Source: Chiloscyllium plagiosum
Lineage: Eukaryota
Assembly: GCF_004010195.1 (NCBI RefSeq)
Contig: NC_057718.1
Coordinates: forward strand, 20,923,664-20,966,460
Direction: 5' to 3'
DNA length: 42,797 bases
The notes below the pieces were generated by a model. The model saw only the letters and a list, made by a program, of their open reading frames with translations. It was not told where the DNA came from and did not search any database. The stretch's first letter is position 1. The number at the start of each line of letters is the position of its first letter. The position numbers and the translations under genes were made by a program. Positions 35,919-42,797 of the stretch are shown piece after piece.

Positions 35919-37352
35919 CTTGCTAAATTGCAATTGTACATTAAGCAGTGGATATCATGGCTGCAATGTGTACCATCTGCTTAAAGGAGTGTACACTAAC
36001 AGGTTCGCCCTTGACTGAAGCAGACTGTTCATTTCTGGATGGCATGAAGCCATGAGAATGATGGGAACAAATGGCAAGTATCCATTCCACTCTGACAGCC
36101 ATCCACATGGTTGGAGTGAACTTTGTTCTCCCAAACGTCCCTCTACCAATCCTGCTCATTTAACAATATTATTGAGACAGACTGGATCAGATGAACCTCT
36201 CGTCTGGTCATTACCAGATGCTGATTGTTGGATGCTTCAAGAAAATATTACTATCAATGATTGATGGGATTGTGTTGAGCCTTTTCATGTTCATTATGGA
36301 TGAATGTAACCTACCATTTATAGCTCAAGTCTTTACTGACATCAAGGATAGATGAGGAGGTGAATCTGGAAGTGATTGAGTGTTAGTTGGACAATATTGT
36401 GAAATAAAGGAAATTCATGACCAAACATGACATCAAACAGGAAAATCCCACAGCAAATAGCAACTGAAACAAACAGCCGAAGCAGAAAAGGAATGAAGTC
36501 CATATTGACAAAATGTCAGTAAGAGAAAAGCTCGAAAAACAGAAGGTTGTGAGCTTAACAAACCCATGTTAAGAAATAAATGAACTATGTTAGCAGTTTT
36601 TAAAGGCCCTCAAGAAGCGGCCATAACCTAAATAGTATTGAGTGAAAGTGGAAATTGGCTGAAAAAATAAACAATTAGAGCTGTACAACTGAACAAGTAA
36701 CTTTAAAATGAAAACAGGATGACCCTTCACTGCAGTTTGAGTATCAGCAAGGTTGCTGTTGAAAGGGTTGGAACTTTATTATAATAAAAATTATGATTTG
36801 CAATAAGACCTTTCAAGTAATTCTTATAAAATGTATATAGTTTGTCTTTTTTTATTTTAGCGTAATAAAACTTTCTTGACCTTTTGATAAAAGTATATTG
36901 ACAGTTTCTTGTGAATGTGGTCAGTTGCTGACCAAAAAGATAAATAATTGCAGAAATAAAACTTGTGGTCTATCATGACAGATCTTACTCTGGAATCAGT
37001 CTTGTCAGTACTAAAATCAGCTTAAATCATAAGTGGGATAAGGCAAAAAGATGGAAATTTCTGACAATAAAAGTTCAATACTGTAGAAAGGTTAGTAAAG
37101 AAATTGCAGGATGAAAATTTAAAAATAATTAGGAAAGCAAAGAGGAATGCAAAAGCACTGGCAAGAAATATAAACCCTCAAAGATGTTATATAAATGTAG
37201 AAAAATAAAATATAAAGGAATGAGAAGGGTCAATCAGAAACCAAAAAAAATTGTGCAGATGGAATACCTATATGTTTTTGGAGGTATGTCTCTTGATTAA
37301 ACTTAAAATATAAGCCATAACTATTAATGTAACCTGGGGCATGTTTGTATAG

Positions 37353-37585
37353 GATTCTAGATTAGAGTGGTGCTGGAAAAGCACAGCAGTTCAGGCAGCA
37401 ACCGAGGAGCAGGAAAACCGACATTTCGGGCAAAAGCCATTCATCAGGAACCAGTCCTGATGAAGGGCTTTTGCCCGAAACGTCTATTTTCCAGCTCTTC
37501 GGATGCTGCCTGAACTGCTGTGCTTTTCCAGCACCACTCTAATCTAGAATCTGGTTTCCAGCATCTGCAGTCCTTGTTTTTACCT
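37353..37585 (+). mobile_element. ORF-less PLE hairpin insertion: 97-bp inverted arms + 34-nt tail
   Basis: Arms 37353-37449 and 37455-37551 (7 mismatches), 5-nt loop. TSD tgtttgta[t/c]agga at 37342-37354 and 37588-37600. Confidence 0.92.
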
Positions 37586-37678
37586 AGTGTTTGTACAGGA
37601 ATAAGACGGTGTTATTTTCTCGATCTGTAGATTGTGATGAAGCAAAAATGGCCTTTAGTAGAGTGAAATGTGCTTCTT

Positions 37679-38831
37679 GGAGAAAGTGAGGTCTGCAGAT
37701 GCTGGAGATCAAAGTTGAAACTTTATTGCTGGAACAGCACAGCAGGTCAGGCAGCATCCAGGGAACAGGAGATTCGACGTTTCGGGCACAGGCCCTTCTT
37801 CAGGAATGAGCAGAGAGTGTTCAGCAGGAGAAGATAAAAGGTAGGGAGGAGGGACTTGGAGGAGGGGAGTTGGAAATGTGATAGGTGGAAAGAGGTCAAG
37901 GTGAGGGTGATAGGTCGGAGTAGGGTGGAGGCGGAGAGGTCAAGAAGAAGACTGCAGGTCAGGACGGCGGTGCCGGGCTGGAGGGATTCGGCTGAGACAA
38001 GGTGGGGGGAGGGGGGATGAAGAAACTGGTGAAGTCCATGTTCATCCCCTGTGGTTGGAGGGTTCCCAGTCGGAAGATAAGATGCTCCTCCTCCGACCGT
38101 CGGGTTGTTGTGGTTTGGCGGTGGATGAGTCCAATGACCTGCATATCCTCGGTGGAGTGGGAGGGGGAGTTGAAATGCTGTGCCACAGGTTGGTTGGGTT
38201 GGTTCGTCCGGGTGGCCCAGAGGTGCTCTCTGAATCGCTCCGCAAGTAGGCGGCCTGTTTCCCCAATATAGAGGAGGCCACACCGGCTGCAGCGGATGCA
38301 GTAGATGATGTGGGTGGAGGTGCAGGTGAATCTGTGGCGGATATGGGAGTTTCCTTTTGGGCCTTGGAGAGGAGTGAGGGGGGAGGTGTGGGCGCAAGTG
38401 TTGCACCTCCTGCGGTTGCAAGGGAAGGTGCCGGGAGTGGTGGTTGGGTCGGTGGGGGGTGTGGATCTGACAAGGGAGTCGCGGAGGGAGTGGTCTCTAC
38501 GGACAGCTGATAGGGGAGGGGAGGGAAATATATCCTTGGTGCTGGGGTCTGTTTGGAGGTGGCGGAAGTGATGGCGGATGATGCGCTGTACATGGAGATT
38601 GGTGGGGTGGTAGGTGAGGACCAGTGGGGTTCTGTCCTGGTGGCGGTTGGAGGGGCGGGGCTCAAGGGCGGAGGAGCGGGAAGTGGAGGAGATGCGGTGG
38701 AGGGCACCGTCGACCACGTCGGGGGGGAAATTGCGGTCCTTGAAGAAGGAGGCCATCTGTGTTGTACGTATTTTGAACTGGTCCTCCTGGGAGCAGATGC
38801 GGCGGAGACGAAGGAATTGGGAGAATGGGAT
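37679..38831 (-). mobile_element. Young 5'-truncated Penelope-like element, probably Neptune group (RT thumb, Cys linker, GIY-YIG endonuclease, pLTR)
   Basis: Open frame IPFSQFLRLRRICS...CNRRRCNTC...IIYCIRCSRCGLLYIGETGRLLAERFREH...HFNSPSH...GMN (ORF 37959..38756 extends to ~38831). CpGs retained. Confidence 0.93.
37772..37807 (-). ncRNA. Best-preserved minimal type I hammerhead ribozyme motif
   Basis: ATTC CTGAAGA A GGGC CTGT GCCC GAAA CG TC | GAAT. 4-bp helix I, 4-bp helix II, GUC triplet, predicted cut between 37776 and 37775. Confidence 0.8.
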
Positions 38832-40928
38832 TGTCAGATGTGGGAGTTTAAGGACTACAGCAGATTATATCCTGCCATAAATACTATTAGTTGCGAATCT
38901 TATCAGATCGAATGGATCGGTTGGACAGACAGTTAGAAGCAATGAGGAATTTGCAACAGCAACAGTATATGATGGATGGCAGTTACAAGAATGGGGGAAA
39001 GTCTCAGATACAGTCACATAGATGGGTTAACTCCAGGAAAGATAAGAGAGATAGGCAGCTATAGCAGGAGTCTTTTGTGGCTATACCCATTTCAAACAAC
39101 TATGCTATTTTGGGTGATGGATTCTCAGGTGAACAGCCAAGTTTCTGGTATTGAGACTGGCTCTAATGCAATGAGGGGTATGTCGGGTTCCAAGAGATCA
39201 AATGTGTTAGGGACTGTCTAGTTCGAGGTACAGATACACATTTCTGTGGCCAGCAGCGGGAGATCAGAATGGTGTGTTGCTTCCCTGGTGCCAGGGTCAA
39301 GGATGTCTAAGAGAGGGTGCAGAATGTTCTCACGGGGGAAGAGGGGCCAGCAAGAGGTCATTGTCCACATTGGAACCAACGACATAGGAAGGGAAAAGGT
39401 TGAGAGTCTGAAGGGAGATTACAGAGAGTTAGGCAGGTATTTAAAAAGGTCCTTGAGAGTAGTAATATCTGGATTACACCCGGTGCTATGAGCTAGCAAG
39501 GCAGGAGTAGGAGGATACAGCAGATGAATGCATGGCTGAGGAGCTGGTGTGTGGAAGAAGGATTCACATTTTTGGTTCATTGAAATCTCTTTTGGGGTAG
39601 AATTGACCTGTACAAGAAGGACGGATTGCATCTAAATTGGAAGGGGACTAATATACTGGCAGGGAAATTTGCTGGGGCTGCTTGGAAGGATTTAAACTAG
39701 TAAGGTGGGGGAAGTGGGGAGGTGGGGGGAGATAGTGAGGAAAGAGGTCAATCTGAGACTGTTAGAGTTGAGAACAGAAGTGAGTCAAATAGTCAGGGCA
39801 GCCAAGGACAAGGTAGGACTAATAAATTAAACTGCATTTATTTCAGTGCAAGGGGCCTAACAGGGAAGGCAGATGAACTCAGGGCATGGTTAGGAACATG
39901 GGACTGGGATATCATAGCAATTACGGAAACGTGGCTCAGGGATGGGCAGAACTGGCAGCTTAATGTTCCAGGATACAAATGCGAAGGAAGGATAGAAAGG
40001 GAGGCAAGAGTGGAGGGGGAGTGGCATTTTTGATAAGAGATAGCATTACAGCTGTGCTGAGGGAGGATATTCCTGGAAATACATCCAGGGAAGTTATTTG
40101 GATGGAACTGAGAAATAAGAAAGGGATGATCACCTTATTGGGATTGTATTATAGACCTCCTAACAGTCAGAGGGAAATTGAGAAACAAATTTGTAAGGAG
40201 ATCTCAGCTATTTGTAAGAATAATAGAGTGGTTATGGTAGGGGATTTTAACTTTCCAAACATAGACTGGGACTGCCACAGTTTAGATGGAGAGGAATTTA
40301 TTAAGTGTGTACAAGAAAATTATCTGATTCAGTATGTGGATGTACCTACTCAAGAAGGTGCAAAACTTGACCTACTCTTGACAGGGCAGGTGACTGACTG
40401 GGTCAGTGGGAAAGCACTTTTGGGCTAGTGACCATAATTCTATTAGATTTAAAATAGTGATGGAAAAGGATAGACCAGATCTAAAAGTTGAAGTTCTAAA
40501 TTAGAGAAAGGCCAATTTTGACAGTATTAGGGAAGAACTTTCGAAAGCTGATTGGGGACAGATGTTCGCAGGTAAAGGTATGGCTGGAAAATGGGAAGCC
40601 TTCAGAAATGAGATAACGAGAATCCAGAGAAAGTATATTCCTGTTAGGGTGAAAGGAAAGGCTGATAGGTATAGGGAATGCTGGATGACTAAAGAAATTG
40701 AGGGTTTGGTTAAGAAAAAGGAAGTGTATGTATAGACAGGATAGATCGAGTGAATCCTTAGAAGACTATAAAGGCAGTAGGAGTATAATTAAGAGGGAAA
40801 TCAGGAGGGCAAAAAAGGGACATGAGATAACTTTAGCAAATAGAATGGATTCTCCTTAAAAGGGTTTTTACGAATACGTTAAGGACAAAAGAGTAACTAA
40901 GGAGAAAATAGAGCCCCTCAAAGATCAG

Positions 40929-41087
40929 AACTGAAAATGTGTTGCTGGAAAAGCGCAGCAGGTCAGGCAGCATCCAGGGAACAGGAGAATCGACGTTTCG
41001 GGCATAAGCCCTTCTTCAGGAATCTGCGCTTTTCCAGCAACACATTTTCAGCTCTGATCTCCAGCATCTGCAGACCTCACTTTCTCC
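40929..41087 (+). mobile_element. ORF-less PLE insertion: inverted pLTR (40929-41023) + direct 3' end and tail (41024-41087)
   Basis: 15-bp TSD cccctcaaagatcag at 40914-40928 and 41086-41100. Hammerhead motif on the minus strand at 40988-41023. Confidence 0.92.
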
Positions 41088-42287
41088 CCTCAAAGATCAG
41101 CGAGGCAGCCTTTGTGTGGAAGCGCAGAAAATGGGTGAGACACTAAACGAGTATTTTGCATCAGTATTTACTGTGGAAAGGATATGGAAGGTATAGACTG
41201 TAGAGAAATAGATGGTGACACCTTGCAAAATGTCCAAATTACAGAGGAGGAAGTGCTGGATGTCTTGAAACGCATAAAGGTGGATAAATCACCAGGACCT
41301 GATTAGGGGTACCCCAGAACTCTGTAGGAAGTTCGAGAAGTGATTGCTGGGCCTCTTGCTGAGATATTTGTATCATCGATAGTCACAGGTAAGGTGCCGG
41401 AAGACTGGAGGTTGGCTAATGTGGTGCCACTGTTTAAGAAGGGTGGTAAGGACAAGCCAGGGAACTATAGACCATTGAGCCTGACCTCGGTGGTGGGCAA
41501 GTTGTTGGAGGGAATCCTGAGGGGCAGGATGTACATGTATTTGGAAAGGCAAGGACTGATTAGGGTTAATGAACATGGCTTTGTGCGTGGGAAATCATGT
41601 CTCACAAACTTGATTAAAGTAACAAAGAGGATTGATCAGGGCAGAGTGGTAGGTGTGATCTATATGGATTTCAGTAAGGCGTTCAACAAGATTCGCCATG
41701 GGAGATTGATTAGCAAGGTTAGATCTCATGGAATACAGGGAGAACTAGCCATTTGGATACAGAACTGGCTCAAAGGTAGAAGACAGAGGGTGGTGGTGGA
41801 GGGTTGTTTTTCAAACTAGAAGCCTGTGACCAGTGGAGTGCCACAAGGATCGGTGCTGGGTCCTCTTCTTTTTGTAATTTACATAAATGATTTGGATGCG
41901 AGCATAAGAGATACAGTTAGTAAGTTTGCAGATGACACCAAAATTGGAGGTGTAGTGGACAGCAAAGGTTACCTCAGATTACAATAGGATCTTGACCAGC
42001 TGGGCCAATGGGCTGAGAAGTGGCAGATGGAGTTGAATTCATATAAATGCGAGGTGTTGCATTTTGGGAAAGCAAATCTTATCAGGACATATATACTTAA
42101 CGGTAAGGTCCTAGAGAGTGTTGCTGAAGAGACCTTAGAGTGAAGGTTCATAGCTCCTTGAAAGTGGAGTCACAGGTAGATAGGATAGTGAAGGCGGCGT
42201 TTGGTTTGCTTTCATTTATTGGTCAGAGTACTGAGTACAGAAGTTGGGAGGTCATGTTACGGCTGTACAGGACGTTGGTTAGGCCTG

Positions 42288-42797
42288 TGTTGCCGTTGCC
42301 GCAGCCACTTCCGCCCCCAGTGACATCACTAACCTGCACAACGACCAGGGCGCATGCATCTCCACCCCCACGCCGATCTCCGTCCCCACGCCTAACCCCG
42401 GCCTCACTCCCAGCTCCAGTCCCACACCAGATCCTAGCTCCCAGCCCTGCCATGTTTTCACCATCCTTCCAGACGTCCCCTCTCTGAGGATGAAAGATCA
42501 GTCCTCAGCAGAGGCCTCACCTTCATTCCCCTACGCTCTCGGATTAACGAGTTCAACACGTGGCGTGACATCGAACAATTCTTCTGCCGCCTTCGCCTCC
42601 ACGCCAACTTCTTCAACCAGGATTCTCGCCCACCCTCTGACGACCCCTTCTCCCGCCTCCAACACACCCCATCCACCTGGACACCCCGTGCTGGCCTCTT
42701 ACCTGCCCTCAGTCTCTTCATAGCCAACTGCCGCTGTGACATTAACTACTTCAACCTCTCCACCCCTCTCACCCACTCCAACCTCTCACCCTCGGAA
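42288..42797 (+). mobile_element. PLE N-terminal ORF region, running off the right edge
   Basis: Abrupt switch from CR1 (LVRP) to C-rich sequence. Frame from 42480 reads LSEDERSVLSRGLTFIPLR...DIEQFFCRLRL...STWTP...SNLSPSE, typical of the PLE pre-RT region. Confidence 0.82.

Larger units (their letters stand above)
37648..42287 (+). mobile_element. Long, decayed CR1 LINE (ORF1 Zn-finger/esterase, ORF2 APE + RT), interrupted by PLE insertions
   Basis: ORF1 MAFSRVKCAS|CQMWE split by a PLE, VIVHIGTNDIG, DGLHLN. ORF2 [62 protein letters not shown]. Stops and frameshifts present. Confidence 0.93.

Noticed and set aside
35945..36264. Coding-looking stretch after the NDUFAF7 poly(A) signal (possible neighbouring-gene exon or transposase relic)
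   Set aside because: No recognisable motif in the frames examined and the plus frames contain stops. Needs a tblastx search.
37747..38936. Many overlapping long ORFs on both strands
   Set aside because: Shadow frames of the GC-skewed PLE ORF. Only 37959..38756 has protein motifs.
9115..41087. Dispersed near-identical short repeats suggesting a CRISPR-like array or a tRNA-SINE
   Set aside because: Not arrayed, no spacers, no Pol III A/B boxes. They match the terminus of GIY-YIG-encoding PLE copies in the window.

Overview
Vertebrate genomic DNA, most likely a shark or other elasmobranch (inferred from the repeat content: HE1-type V-SINE, Deu-type SINEs, CR1 LINEs, Penelope-like elements). 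It holds two head-to-head genes whose start codons are only 306 bp apart. CEBPZ is on the minus strand (coding exons 1-5, continuing off the left edge). NDUFAF7 is on the plus strand and complete (10 coding exons, 451 aa, all GT-AG introns). The shared promoter carries YY1, NRF1-like, ERRE and DR1-like motifs. Introns and the right flank are dense with CR1/L2/Tx1 LINE fragments, SINEs, MITEs and at least 10 Penelope-like element (PLE) pieces. The most striking signal is an ultra-minimal type I hammerhead ribozyme motif in the PLE terminal repeat (pLTR): ATTC-CTGA[A/T]GA-A-GGGC-loop-GCCC-GAAACGTC|GAAT. Its helix III has only a 2-nt loop, so it would need to dimerise. This terminus also occurs as tiny 90-235 bp ORF-less hairpin or solo-inverted insertions with target-site duplications (TSDs), a fixed ~34-38 nt 3' tail, target microhomology and a recurrent end at the ribozyme edge. 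Exon coordinates were read by hand. Boundaries of old repeats are approximate and no database search was run.
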